A DNA stretch of 64,000 nucleotides from Patescibacteria group bacterium (GTDB lineage Bacteria > Patescibacteriota > Gracilibacteria > UBA4473). The stretch spans positions 96,001 to 160,000 of the forward strand of contig CBFIAK010000001.1 in the NCBI GenBank assembly GCA_965660445.1, written 5' to 3'. Under the pieces are notes generated by a model, which was not told where the DNA came from, did not search any database, and saw only the letters and a list, made by a program, of their open reading frames with translations. Position 1 is the stretch's first letter; each line of letters begins with the position of its first letter. This document shows, one piece after another, positions 52,797 through 63,218 of the stretch. The position numbers were made by a program, and so were the translations under genes.

Positions 52797-54236
52797 ATGT
52801 TTTCTTCTTTCTCTTTGCCCTCGCAACAGTTTCGATTGATTGGGCTTGGAGGATTGTTCGGGTTGTGGAGTATTCAAACTCATCAATTACATCTCCCGCT
52901 TCTTCTTGGAACATGTATAAGTATATTTTTATGGATTGTATGGAGAAAATGGGAGATAATAATATGTATTGCTTTTTTTGGAATGGGGTTTTACAGCAGT
53001 CTATCACATCGAGATATCCAAGAGCATATCCTCCCACTCCATTTTCATAATACGACTGTTGTTTTTGAAGGATGGGTTGATAGTTTTCCTGAAGAAAAAG
53101 AAAAACAAACTCAGTTTATAATCAATGGAAATATACACATCAATAATCGCATTATACAAACTCGAATGCTCGTGCAAGACACAAAAAAAAACGTCTTCCC
53201 TCCAGGTTCTTTTATAGAAGGCGAGGGAAAACTTATGATTCCTCAACCATTTGAAACATTTGATTATGCTCGATACTTACAACGATTACATGTTTATTCA
53301 ATTATAAAACCAACAAATATTGAGCATAAACCGCATCAAGACAAATATTCGTTCACTCGTACAGGGTATACGCTTCGATCTCGGTTTCAAAAAAATATAG
53401 AAGATCATCTCCCCAGTCCTCACCAACAAATTGCTATGGGGATTTTATTTGGTATAAAAAAAGAGCTCCCTCCATATACCGATACTGCATTTTCACGTGC
53501 GGGACTCACGCATATTCTTGTTGTTTCTGGATTTAATGTAACGGTTATAATGCTTATTGTTGGGGCACTTTTACGTCCATTGGGAATGAGTTTGGTTTTT
53601 GTAGGAACGATTCTCATACTTGGATTATTCTTACTCTTAACAGGATTTGATCCGCCTATAATACGTGCAATTTGCATGGGATCATTAAGTGCATGGGCTC
53701 TCAGTATAGGACGAAAATCTGACACAAAAAACATAATTATAATGACATTTCTCATTATTGGGTTGTTCAATCCTCTCATTATACAACGAGATATTGGGTT
53801 CTTTTTAAGTGCTTTTGCAACACTTGCAATAGTGCTGTGGAGCGAAAGTATTGCAAAATACTTTTTGTTTCTGTCAGAAAAAATAAGAACCATACTCAGT
53901 GTCACACTGGCTGCACAAATATCTGTTATGGGACTTATTATTTATTTTTTTGGGAGTTTTCCATTTATAGGACTCGTAAGTAATATAGTTATTGAACCAC
54001 TCGTACCATTAGCAATGGGGCTATCAGCGTTGGTCAGTTTTTTAGGATGGATTCCAAATCCAATAGGAGGAATTATAGCTATTCCTGCAATATCAGTGAT
54101 TGAGGTACTTTTATTTCTTGGAAGTTTTTTTGGAAAAATTGACCCCATAAGCCTTCCTCGTTGGGTTGGGATGATTGGTATAGGAATAGTGATTGCTTTT
54201 TTTCTTCTGTCTCTCTGGCCTCAAAAGAAAAAATAG
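52797..54236 (+). CDS. comEC: ComEC/Rec2 DNA uptake channel (no metallo-beta-lactamase domain)
   Basis: FDYARYL, AGLTHILVVSGFNV, IIRAICM, GFFLS. Confidence 0.9.
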   Translation: MFSSFSLPSQQFRLIGLGGLFGLWSIQTHQLHLPLLLGTCISIFLWIVWRKWEIIICIAFFGMGFYSSLSHRDIQEHILPLHFHNTTVVFEGWVDSFPEEKEKQTQFIINGNIHINNRIIQTRMLVQDTKKNVFPPGSFIEGEGKLMIPQPFETFDYARYLQRLHVYSIIKPTNIEHKPHQDKYSFTRTGYTLRSRFQKNIEDHLPSPHQQIAMGILFGIKKELPPYTDTAFSRAGLTHILVVSGFNVTVIMLIVGALLRPLGMSLVFVGTILILGLFLLLTGFDPPIIRAICMGSLSAWALSIGRKSDTKNIIIMTFLIIGLFNPLIIQRDIGFFLSAFATLAIVLWSESIAKYFLFLSEKIRTILSVTLAAQISVMGLIIYFFGSFPFIGLVSNIVIEPLVPLAMGLSALVSFLGWIPNPIGGIIAIPAISVIEVLLFLGSFFGKIDPISLPRWVGMIGIGIVIAFFLLSLWPQKKK

Positions 54237-54275
54237 CATTTGACAATTTTACAAAAAAAAATAAGGTAGCAAGGT

Positions 54276-54390
54276 CAAAGACCGTTGGTATAAAAATAAA
54301 TCCAACCGAGACAGAAATATCCATTTTTGGTACAAAAAGAAAAATATTCTCTTTTGTCTCCAATCGTTTCTGTTTTTGAAAAAGGTCTTT
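54276..54390 (+). promoter_or_regulatory. L10-leader-like autoregulatory RNA in the rplJ 5' UTR
   Basis: AAAGACCGTTGGT...TAAATCCAACCGAG resembles the L10 leader core; TTGACA promoter at 54240. Confidence 0.7.
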
Positions 54391-54425
54391 ACACAGACTT
54401 TTTTTTTATTTCCTAACCCTTTCTC

Positions 54426-54971
54426 ATGGCCATTACAAAAAGCAAGAAAGCAGAGCAACTCGCAGAACTAGAAGCACAATTCAAGTCTGCACAAGGGATT
54501 GCATTTGCTGAATGCACTCGGTTAACGGTTGATGAGGCACAATCGGTTCGTCGAGAACTGCGAGAAAAGGGCATGACTTATAAGGTCATCAAAAAAACTC
54601 TTATTGCTTTAGCAGCAAAAAATACAGGAGTTGCTGAATTCTCGGTAGACGACTTATCAGGATCAGTATCAGTTATTGTGTCATCATCAGATGAAATTGC
54701 ACCCGCAGCAGCGATTAAAAAATTCAAAAAAGATTTTTTTAACAAAGCGACAAAGGAATCCAAAATGGATTTTGCTGGATGTATTTTCAATGGGATGTTT
54801 CAAAACGCAGCACAAACAGCTGTTATCGCAGAAACTCCAACTCGAGAAGAATCTCTTGGTAGAATTGTTGGAATGCTCAAGAGTGGACCTCAAAAAATTC
54901 ATGGAGTTCTCAATTCAGGATTCCGAAAACTCCACAATGTGTTGGAGAACGCAGAAAAATTTGCGTCTTAG
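54426..54971 (+). CDS. rplJ: 50S ribosomal protein L10
   Basis: MAITKSKK, LTV, YKVIKKTL, TPTREE. Confidence 0.93.
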   Translation: MAITKSKKAEQLAELEAQFKSAQGIAFAECTRLTVDEAQSVRRELREKGMTYKVIKKTLIALAAKNTGVAEFSVDDLSGSVSVIVSSSDEIAPAAAIKKFKKDFFNKATKESKMDFAGCIFNGMFQNAAQTAVIAETPTREESLGRIVGMLKSGPQKIHGVLNSGFRKLHNVLENAEKFAS

Positions 54972-55001
54972 TTTTCTTTTATTTTTTAATTTATTTTTAT
55001 C

Positions 55002-55388
55002 ATGTCAGATACAGAAGTAACTCTTTCAAAAAACGAACAATCGGTTGTTGATGCAATCGAAAAACTAACCGTTGTTGAAGCAAACAACGTAGCAAAATAC
55101 TTTGAAGAAAAGTATGGTATTACCGCAGCTGCACCAGTAGCTGTTGCTGCAGCTCCTGCTGCAGAAGAAGCAGAAGAAAAAACATCATTTAATGTCGTAC
55201 TTAAAGACTGTGGATCTCAAAAAATTGCTGTTATTAAAGTTGTACGAGAAGTAACAGGGCTCGGACTTGCAGAAGCAAAACAACTAGCAGAAGACGGTGG
55301 AAACATTAAAGAAAATGTTAAAAAAGAAGAAGCAGAAGAATTGAAGAAAAAATTCGAAGAAGCGGGTGCAAAAATCGAGTTAGCGTAA
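55002..55388 (+). CDS. rplL: 50S ribosomal protein L7/L12
   Basis: Ala hinge, [30 protein letters not shown]. Confidence 0.97.
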   Translation: MSDTEVTLSKNEQSVVDAIEKLTVVEANNVAKYFEEKYGITAAAPVAVAAAPAAEEAEEKTSFNVVLKDCGSQKIAVIKVVREVTGLGLAEAKQLAEDGGNIKENVKKEEAEELKKKFEEAGAKIELA

Positions 55389-55400
55389 GAAAACAACTCA

Positions 55401-55436
55401 TACAAAAAAAAGGCGATGATTCGCCTTTTTTTTGTA
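55401..55436 (+). terminator. Intrinsic terminator of rplJL
   Basis: TACAAAAAAAAGGCGA-tgat-TCGCCTTTTTTTTGTA perfect 16-bp stem. Confidence 0.85.
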
Positions 55437-55485
55437 CTCATAGAAAGAGAAGACTTTCTTTCAAAAAAGAATACAATGCAAATAT

Positions 55486-56778
55486 ATGCGATTTAGTATA
55501 CAATACGGTAGTGTTTTATTAGCTCTTTCTGCACTTGTTTCCAAGGGGCTAGGGCTTTATCGTGATCGATTATTTTTGACACTGTTTGAATCACCTGAAA
55601 CGGTCGATCTTATTTTTGCAAGTTTTCGTATTCCTGATTTTTTCTTTTTCTTATTGATTGCGGGGACTGTTTCAACCCTCCTTATCCCACGCGTACACAA
55701 TCTTGAAAAAACCGAAAAAACTCTTTTTGTGTCTAGCTTTTTTTGGGGTATTCTCGTTTTTTTCGGAGCAATCTGCGCATTAGGTGTAGTATTCACACCT
55801 TTCTTTATTCGAATATTTGCTGGTGGGTTTGAGTCCTCTCTTCAGTCACAGATGATACCACTATCGAGGTTTCTATTTGGGTCTGTATTTATCCTTAGTA
55901 TTTCATCTGTTTTTGCTGCATTTCATCAATACAAGAAACAGTTTGCAATACTCGCCCTTGCCCCTGTTTTATATACCGCAACGCTCTGCGGAGGACTTCT
56001 TCTTTTTCAAACACAATACGGACTCACAACTGTTGGAATAAGTGCATTATGTGGTGCTTTGTTTCATGCATTCATAAACATTGGACTCTATGTATACAAT
56101 GGTGAAAAAATAAAACTCTGCTGGAAAAAACCATCATCATCATGGCAATCGTTTCGAAAAGATTTTCTCTTTCGAGTACTCAATAATTCAGGGTTTCAGA
56201 TAAACCAATCGATTGATATTTTAATTGCTTCTTTTTTGATGATGGGGAGTGTAACTGCTTTTTCACTTGGAACAAATACCGGTATGGTATTACTCTCTAT
56301 TGTCGGACTCCCCATTGCAAATGCAACATTCCCCTATCTTACTGATGCAAGTTCTGATACAGAAAAACAACGAAAAATTGTTATTCAAACACTCAAGCAA
56401 GTTTTAATAATTGCTATTCCTGCGTCACTTATTGGTATTTTTATTGGAAAACCATTGCTTGCTTGGGCGTATAATATTGAAAACATAATGCTTACACAAA
56501 CCTATACTGTGTTTTTTTGGACGGTATTATCACTTCCCTTCGCATGTATGATTCCCACTCTTTCTCGAGTATTCCTCGCCAATAATGACACCAAAACTCC
56601 ACTCATTGTCACTTCTCTATCATTAGCAGCAGCAACGCTTGTGGTGCTTATCTCCGTTTTTATAATTTTACCAGAAGAAAGGGCTATTTTAGGACTCGCT
56701 CTTGGGAATTTAACCGCTAACACATTATCTGCCCTTCTTTTTATAAGCCTTATTTTTCGATCTCCACGTAGAACATGA
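55486..56778 (+). CDS. murJ: Lipid II flippase MurJ/MviN
   Basis: SKGLGLYRD, ASFRIPD, RVFLANNDTKTP; multi-TM. Confidence 0.87.
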   Translation: MRFSIQYGSVLLALSALVSKGLGLYRDRLFLTLFESPETVDLIFASFRIPDFFFFLLIAGTVSTLLIPRVHNLEKTEKTLFVSSFFWGILVFFGAICALGVVFTPFFIRIFAGGFESSLQSQMIPLSRFLFGSVFILSISSVFAAFHQYKKQFAILALAPVLYTATLCGGLLLFQTQYGLTTVGISALCGALFHAFINIGLYVYNGEKIKLCWKKPSSSWQSFRKDFLFRVLNNSGFQINQSIDILIASFLMMGSVTAFSLGTNTGMVLLSIVGLPIANATFPYLTDASSDTEKQRKIVIQTLKQVLIIAIPASLIGIFIGKPLLAWAYNIENIMLTQTYTVFFWTVLSLPFACMIPTLSRVFLANNDTKTPLIVTSLSLAAATLVVLISVFIILPEERAILGLALGNLTANTLSALLFISLIFRSPRRT

Positions 56779-57650
56779 CATATACCAAACGCATTACCAT
56801 TACAGAGTCTTTACACGGTCAACGTATTGATTCGATCGCACAAACTATCATTCCTCATATCTCTCGCAATCAATGGAAAAAAAATGGTGAATTTTTCCTG
56901 AACAATGAAAAAAAAGACCCAAAAACAAAAACAAAACGAACTGAAATATGGGATATTGTGTACAAAGAACCACCTATTGAACATTTAATCCCTTGGAATC
57001 ACCCGTTAGTTATATTACAAGAGTCTGAATCATGGATTGCTATTGAGAAACCACATGGTATTTCTGTGCATCCTTCAGTATCTGATCCTTCTCCTCATAC
57101 AATTGTCAATGCTCTTATTCATCAATGGACATCTTTATCAGAGGTAGGAGGTATAGAACGCCCTGGTATTGTCCATCGACTCGATAAAGGTACTTCTGGT
57201 GTTTTATTAGTCGCAAAAACAAATAAAACACATCGGTTTTTGCAAGAACATTGGGGAGAAGTGATAAAAATATATCACGCACATACCAATGGAGTTCCTC
57301 CACTTAAAGGAAAAATAGAGTCAGGAATACAACGAAGTCATCAAAACCGTCAAAAGATGAAAGCGAGTGACGACCCAACAGCGAAACAAGCTATAACTCA
57401 TTTTGAACGTTTATCAACACAGAAAAACAGGTCTCATCTTCGTATTCAAATTCCCACAGGACGAACTCATCAAATACGAGTTCATTTAAGTGAAATTGGG
57501 TTTCCTATTGTAGGAGACGAAAAATACGGTGGAGAACCATTTGAACGCATGATGCTGCACGCATACAGTATTTCATTTCCCGATCCTGATAAAAAAGGAG
57601 CGACTACAACCGTAATCGCCCCCCTCCCTCATATGTTTACATCTGTTTAA
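56775..57650 (+). CDS. RluA/RluD family pseudouridine synthase
   Basis: KPHGISVHP, RPGIVHRLDKGTSG, TGRTHQIRVH. Confidence 0.93.
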   Translation: MTYTKRITITESLHGQRIDSIAQTIIPHISRNQWKKNGEFFLNNEKKDPKTKTKRTEIWDIVYKEPPIEHLIPWNHPLVILQESESWIAIEKPHGISVHPSVSDPSPHTIVNALIHQWTSLSEVGGIERPGIVHRLDKGTSGVLLVAKTNKTHRFLQEHWGEVIKIYHAHTNGVPPLKGKIESGIQRSHQNRQKMKASDDPTAKQAITHFERLSTQKNRSHLRIQIPTGRTHQIRVHLSEIGFPIVGDEKYGGEPFERMMLHAYSISFPDPDKKGATTTVIAPLPHMFTSV

Positions 57651-57684
57651 AAAAACATGTATAGACCCACTCAAGAAGTATTAT

Positions 57685-59640
57685 TTAAAGAATAACAATC
57701 TCCAACGCTGGTTCTTTCTTAAATTTCTGAATTAAAAGTTTCTGAGCAACAGTGGTCAACATATGTTCCATATCTTTTATTGATTTTTCTTTCGAATAGT
57801 GTGGTTCAAAACTTTTTTTAAGTTCTGATTTTAAGAGTGAAAAAATCTCGTGGTTCATACCCATATACACAAACCCTCGAGTACGAATATCGATTGATTT
57901 TATTGTTCCATTCGTATGATGAATCATACACAAGAGAACCCCATCATTTGACATTTGTTTTCTATCAGCCATTACATGTTCACCAATTGGATCATGCAAA
58001 TCAATCATGATAATACCCGTTGGCACTTTTTCTTTATCGCTCATCAGTCGAGCTCCATTTTTATTTAAGACAATACCTCGACCATTTTTCATAATGAAAG
58101 CATGTTCTGGATTAAAGCCAAGCTCTTTGACGACTAAATCTTTATGAGCATACCGCATATAAAGTTCTCCATGAATAGGAGCGAAATATTTCGGGTTTAT
58201 AAGTGTAGTAAAGAGTTTTAATTCTTCACGATGACCGTGACCTGAAACATACACATCAAGCTCTTTTTTATCAATGATGCGACACCCTATTTCAGCAAGA
58301 TTATTTAACACCGACACAATAGCAATTTCGTTTCCTGGAATAGGTGAAGAAGAAAACACAATAGAATCATCTTTATTTAATTGGACATCTTTATGTATTC
58401 CGGCAGCCATACGAGTCAAAGCCGCAAGTTCTTCCCCTTGTGATCCAGTAGAAAGAATCATAATTTTGTCTGGTGGAAGTGTTGACACTTTTCGAGACAT
58501 ACGTTGAATCGTTTTATCTTTGCATTTCAAGTAGTTCAATTTTCGAGCGATCGCAATATTACGCTCCATTGATCGTCCAGAAAAGAAAACCGTTCGCCCA
58601 TGTCGTTCCGCCGATTCTATGAGTCGTGCAATACGACCAATTGTACTGGCAAAAGTAGTAATAATAAGTCGTCCTTTTGTTTGTGAAACAACATTATCAA
58701 GTGTTTTTTGAATCACAGATTCTGAAAGCGTGTGTCCAGGACGTATCGCATTGGTTGAATCCACCATAGCCAGAGCGACTCCTTTTTTTCCAATACTCGC
58801 AATGCGATGAAGATCTGCTGGCATTTCATCAGAAGGATTATGATCGATTTTGAAATCTGCAGAATGCACAATTGCACCATAAGGAGTATGAAGTACGACC
58901 CCAAGACACTCTGGAATCGAATGGTTTACATGAAAAAATTCACATTCAAATCGTCCAAGTTTTATTTTAGAACGAGGTGTTATTTCAATAAGTTTTAGTT
59001 TTTTTGTATCAACATGTTCTTCGCTATTAGCAACAATAAGCTCGTTTGTAAGACGCGACCCATACAATGGAGGAAAGCCCAGAGATTGTATTAAATATCC
59101 TACTCCACCAATATGATCAAGGTGTCCATGAGTAAAAATAACACCTCGTATTTTTTTCTTATTTTTCAGAAGGTATTCAATATTAGGAACAAGAATATCA
59201 ACACCTAAGTGTTCTGCTGAAGGGAAAAGTGTTCCCATATCGATAATAATAATATCATCGCCCCATTCTACGAACATCATATTAAACCCAACCTGCTCCA
59301 TCCCACCCAAAGGAACAACTCGAATATCACCAGCATTTTGTGGCAACAAGAACTGTGTGGGATGGGTAGATGCTTTTTTTGCTATTGTAGGTCTTCCGAC
59401 CGTTGGATCATGTGTTGTGCTATAAGGAGGATGTGTTTTTCCTTTTTGTGGAGGTCTTTTCTTATTTCTCGATGTATTATGAGATAAAGACTGATTTGAT
59501 GAAGTTTGTTTTGCTCCATCATTGCTTTTTGATGGTTCTGCTGTATGAGAGTCTTTTTTTGGTGATGAAGGAAGTTGAGTGTTTGATAATTTTTGAAGAA
59601 ACGTATCAAGTTTTTTCTTATCAGGTGTTGAATTGTCCAT
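57685..59640 (-). CDS. rnj: Ribonuclease J with ~100-aa disordered N-terminal extension
   Basis: PLGGMEQVG, THGHLDHIG, VNHSIP, TGSQGE, SGHG, PIHGE. Confidence 0.95.
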   Translation of the reverse strand: MDNSTPDKKKLDTFLQKLSNTQLPSSPKKDSHTAEPSKSNDGAKQTSSNQSLSHNTSRNKKRPPQKGKTHPPYSTTHDPTVGRPTIAKKASTHPTQFLLPQNAGDIRVVPLGGMEQVGFNMMFVEWGDDIIIIDMGTLFPSAEHLGVDILVPNIEYLLKNKKKIRGVIFTHGHLDHIGGVGYLIQSLGFPPLYGSRLTNELIVANSEEHVDTKKLKLIEITPRSKIKLGRFECEFFHVNHSIPECLGVVLHTPYGAIVHSADFKIDHNPSDEMPADLHRIASIGKKGVALAMVDSTNAIRPGHTLSESVIQKTLDNVVSQTKGRLIITTFASTIGRIARLIESAERHGRTVFFSGRSMERNIAIARKLNYLKCKDKTIQRMSRKVSTLPPDKIMILSTGSQGEELAALTRMAAGIHKDVQLNKDDSIVFSSSPIPGNEIAIVSVLNNLAEIGCRIIDKKELDVYVSGHGHREELKLFTTLINPKYFAPIHGELYMRYAHKDLVVKELGFNPEHAFIMKNGRGIVLNKNGARLMSDKEKVPTGIIMIDLHDPIGEHVMADRKQMSNDGVLLCMIHHTNGTIKSIDIRTRGFVYMGMNHEIFSLLKSELKKSFEPHYSKEKSIKDMEHMLTTVAQKLLIQKFKKEPALEIVIL

Positions 59641-59883
59641 AACAAATAAAAATAAAATATAAAAAGATCTTTTGTGAATAGAAACCCAGTTCCTCTTTTT
59701 ATGCGAGAAACTTTTCCTCTAACTGAAACAAAAGAACAAATGAGTGCACGGTACAAAATTGTATGTGCTGAGCCTGAAAATATTTTCAAAAGCTCAAATC
59801 TTGTCAATTATACGAAAAAAAAAGCAAAAGTAAAGAAAAACACCGAGCCTTGTCAAAAACAAAAACAAAAGTATTGTGTATCT

Positions 59884-60612
59884 ATGCATACTTATTCTTT
59901 GTGGAAACAAGGAGTGTTGATGAAAGAAAGTCGTGATTTACACGCGCTCACACACGAAGCACGAATAGAATCAAAACAATATCCTGACGAGTATTTTTTA
60001 TTAAAAGATGCTGGATATTTTCCATTGTTTGATTTTCATTACATACATCACAAAAATGTTGATGAAGCTTTGTTGCTCTGTATTGAATATCACAAAGAAC
60101 AAAAACGCAAAGGAGATCTGCGTCCTTACATTGAACATCCTTTACGGGTTGCGTATTTAACAAGTCAAATGACTCATGATCCCGATACTATTGCTGCTGC
60201 CCTTGGACATGATTTACTAGAAGACACTCTTTGTGATGAAAACACTATTGTGCAAAGATGCAATGCTCTGGTACTCATAATTATTCAGTCTGTTTCGGAA
60301 GAAAAAGATGTCCCTGATTGGAAGGAAAGAAAAATACGATATATCCATCGTGTTGATACGAGTATCACACAGGCACATTTTGTGTGTTTAGCAGACAAAA
60401 TTGCAAATATGGAGTCATTACAAACACAGTATCATCTTCATGGTGATTCAATTTGGAATCATTTTAATAAAAAAGATGATACGAAAACAAAAAAAGCATG
60501 GTTTGAACGAAGCGTGCTCAAAATGCTACACAAAAAAACACACATATCAAACCAATGGCTCGATAGATATGAAAATCTCATTAAAGAAGTTTATAATGAA
60601 GAAGTGTCTTGA
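59884..60612 (+). CDS. HD-domain protein, small alarmone hydrolase (SpoT/Mesh1-like)
   Basis: QKRKG..PYIEHPLRVA, ALGHDLLEDT, LADKIAN; start placed at MHTYS. Confidence 0.8.
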   Translation: MHTYSLWKQGVLMKESRDLHALTHEARIESKQYPDEYFLLKDAGYFPLFDFHYIHHKNVDEALLLCIEYHKEQKRKGDLRPYIEHPLRVAYLTSQMTHDPDTIAAALGHDLLEDTLCDENTIVQRCNALVLIIIQSVSEEKDVPDWKERKIRYIHRVDTSITQAHFVCLADKIANMESLQTQYHLHGDSIWNHFNKKDDTKTKKAWFERSVLKMLHKKTHISNQWLDRYENLIKEVYNEEVS

Positions 60613-61310
60613 TCGTGCTCAATTAAGAGGTATTGACGAATAGGGTTGAGAACAATATTAATCAGTAATGCAAACAAAAGTACGCCAAAAAAACGAGTGG
60701 TGATGATAATAAGTTCTCCAGCAATGGTTTGAGGGATAGCCTGGTAAACGCCGCCTAAAAGAACTTTCATAGACCACAGTAATGCCACTGGAATATTTGA
60801 AAACTCTGGACGAAACCCTTCAGCCAACCACATGCCAGTAGCAGAAAACAGCGCAACCGCTAAAAACAGCGTTGCGTATATTTCAAGTGTTAAGAAAAAC
60901 AATTCATGAGAATCTGATTTTTTATGTTTTATTTCCATTAGCTTCATAACACGCAAAACACGCAGGAACCGAAGAATTCGTAGTCCTCTCAGGCTTTTTA
61001 AAAATGTTAAATTTCCAAGTCCTAGATATGTAGGAATAATGGCAATAAGGTCAATAAACCCAAAAAACGAGAAAATATACCGAAACGGTTTTTTGTGTCC
61101 CACAATGCGACCTACATACTCAAGCGTAAAAACAAGAGTGATAATAAGTTCTACTACTCGAAACAATGGAGCATATTGTTTTAATCCAGATACTGTTTCA
61201 CACAGAAGAAGGAGTAATGAGAGAATAATAACGCCAGACAAAAACCGATTAACACACACAAAAAGTGGAGACCGAGAAGCATAAAAAATTGTCTGGAAAA
61301 ACAAACGCAT
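60591..61310 (-). CDS. Ion transporter (voltage-gated channel-like, 6TM)
   Basis: FTLEYVGRI, IDLIAIIP, S4-like LRGLRILRFLRVLRVMKL. Confidence 0.8.
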   Translation of the reverse strand: MRLFFQTIFYASRSPLFVCVNRFLSGVIILSLLLLLCETVSGLKQYAPLFRVVELIITLVFTLEYVGRIVGHKKPFRYIFSFFGFIDLIAIIPTYLGLGNLTFLKSLRGLRILRFLRVLRVMKLMEIKHKKSDSHELFFLTLEIYATLFLAVALFSATGMWLAEGFRPEFSNIPVALLWSMKVLLGGVYQAIPQTIAGELIIITTRFFGVLLFALLINIVLNPIRQYLLIEHDQDTSSL

Positions 61311-61386
61311 CGCTTCATTATAACAAAAAAAGAGAAATAATTCAAGTCTGTTTGGCAAGGAAGAAGAGTCGCTATACAATAAAGAT

Positions 61387-62775
61387 ATGATACTCAAAAA
61401 CTATATATTTCGTGCATACGATATTCGAGGAGAAGCATTTATTGATTTTGATGCTGATGGATTTTTTCAAATTGCAAGAGCGTTTGCACAGCACATACAG
61501 GAAAAACACGCAAATTCAACGCCTCGCATTTTTGTATCAGGAGATGCAAGAACATCAATGGCATCGTTGTATCCATGGGTTATTTCTGGTTTGAAACACG
61601 AAGGCGCTCATGTCACTTTTGGTGGCAATATTCCTACACCCATGAATTATTTTATGCGTTATGAAGGTGCGTTTGATGCTATTATTCAAATATCGGCATC
61701 ACACAATCCTCCAAAAGATAATGGACTCAAAATGAAAGATGTTTTTGGACCTATTTGTGGAGACGAAATTCAAGAAATATACAACCGAGTACAAACACTT
61801 GATGAAATAAAAAAACCAATTGCACAATCGCCAGACACGGTTATCTCAGAATCTCAAATCGTATCTGCGTATAAAAAAAAATTACACAGCATACTCCCTT
61901 CTCTGCAATCAAAAAAAATAGAAATTGATTGTGGAAACTCAATTCCTGGAATATTCTATCCAGACCTCTTTAGAGAATTTGGACAAAAAGTTGGTGAGAT
62001 TTATTGTGATTTAGATACTCGTTTCCCAAATCATCAACCAGACCCAGAACGAGCTGAAAATGTTGCTGATTTGATAGCACACATGAAAACAGAATCCGCT
62101 GATTTTGGATTCGCTTTTGATGGTGATGGAGATCGAATAGGTATTATTTTATCCGATGGAACTCGACTTTCTGCTGATAAAATTCTCTATATTCTCTCGA
62201 TTGATTTTTTAAGTCGAAACCCAAAAGGGTCTATTGTTGTGGATGCAATGTGTTCAAACACACTTATTGAAAACATAAAAACCAAAGGTGGAATGGTTCA
62301 TGTTTCTCGGACAGGACATGCTTATATTCATGAAACCATGAAACGCACTGGTTCTTTGTTTGGAGGAGAACAATCAGGACATTTCATGTTTGGAGAAAAT
62401 TTTTATGGACACGATGATGCATTACTTGCTGGTTTACGGTTTTTACAAGCCGTTGAGTCACATCCTCATATTCTGAGCGAAGTCACAACTCAGTGGAAAA
62501 AAATGCATGAATTTTCAGAAAAAATAACGGTTGATGACGCACATAAGTTTGAGATTTTACAACGTGTATCAACACAATTGTCACAAAAATATCCAGATGC
62601 ACTCACAACCGATGGTATTCGTATATCGTTTTCTGATTACGAATGGGCTATTGTACGATGTTCTAACACAACACCAAAAATAAATATTCGTATTGAAACC
62701 GAAACTGTTTCTGAGCTTGAACGACGAAAAGAAGAGTTATTATCGCTGATAGAAAAAGAAATAAAATCTGTTTAG
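61387..62775 (+). CDS. Phosphomannomutase/phosphoglucomutase
   Basis: FRAYDIRG, SASHNP, FDGDGDR, GEQSGH. Confidence 0.94.
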   Translation: MILKNYIFRAYDIRGEAFIDFDADGFFQIARAFAQHIQEKHANSTPRIFVSGDARTSMASLYPWVISGLKHEGAHVTFGGNIPTPMNYFMRYEGAFDAIIQISASHNPPKDNGLKMKDVFGPICGDEIQEIYNRVQTLDEIKKPIAQSPDTVISESQIVSAYKKKLHSILPSLQSKKIEIDCGNSIPGIFYPDLFREFGQKVGEIYCDLDTRFPNHQPDPERAENVADLIAHMKTESADFGFAFDGDGDRIGIILSDGTRLSADKILYILSIDFLSRNPKGSIVVDAMCSNTLIENIKTKGGMVHVSRTGHAYIHETMKRTGSLFGGEQSGHFMFGENFYGHDDALLAGLRFLQAVESHPHILSEVTTQWKKMHEFSEKITVDDAHKFEILQRVSTQLSQKYPDALTTDGIRISFSDYEWAIVRCSNTTPKINIRIETETVSELERRKEELLSLIEKEIKSV

Positions 62776-63218
62776 GGCATATTTTTTATAGGCACAAACC
62801 CAGCATCAATCGCTTCTTGTTTTGAGTTAAAAAATCGTCGATCAGAAGGATGAGTTCCTCTTGCATAATAGGAATCTGAAGGATAGAACTTCATTGTCTT
62901 TTTGTTTCCAGTATACAAAAACTGTGAAAACTGAAGATCTTCAGGTGTAAATATCTGAGATAATGGAATTTTCAAGGATCGTGTTTGTGGGTCTGGTTCT
63001 CGAAATTGATCATCGCCCCACACAAAACGGACATTCCCAAAAACAGACATCTGCAATAGGTCTCCTGATATTGATTGAATATCAATCACACTTATTTCAT
63101 GATGCGGTTCTCTTTTTTCCCATTGTACATCTGGTAACGGAGCAATAGAACGCCCAATAAAGACACCCAATAAAAGGGCACAAACAAATATAAGTGATAC
63201 CTGTATTTTATGATTCAT
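62772..63218 (-). CDS. Hypothetical membrane-anchored protein with Ada-metal-binding-like C-terminus
   Basis: N-terminal TM; GNKKTMKFYP...RRFFNSKQEAIDAGF. Confidence 0.6.
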   Translation of the reverse strand: MNHKIQVSLIFVCALLLGVFIGRSIAPLPDVQWEKREPHHEISVIDIQSISGDLLQMSVFGNVRFVWGDDQFREPDPQTRSLKIPLSQIFTPEDLQFSQFLYTGNKKTMKFYPSDSYYARGTHPSDRRFFNSKQEAIDAGFVPIKNMP

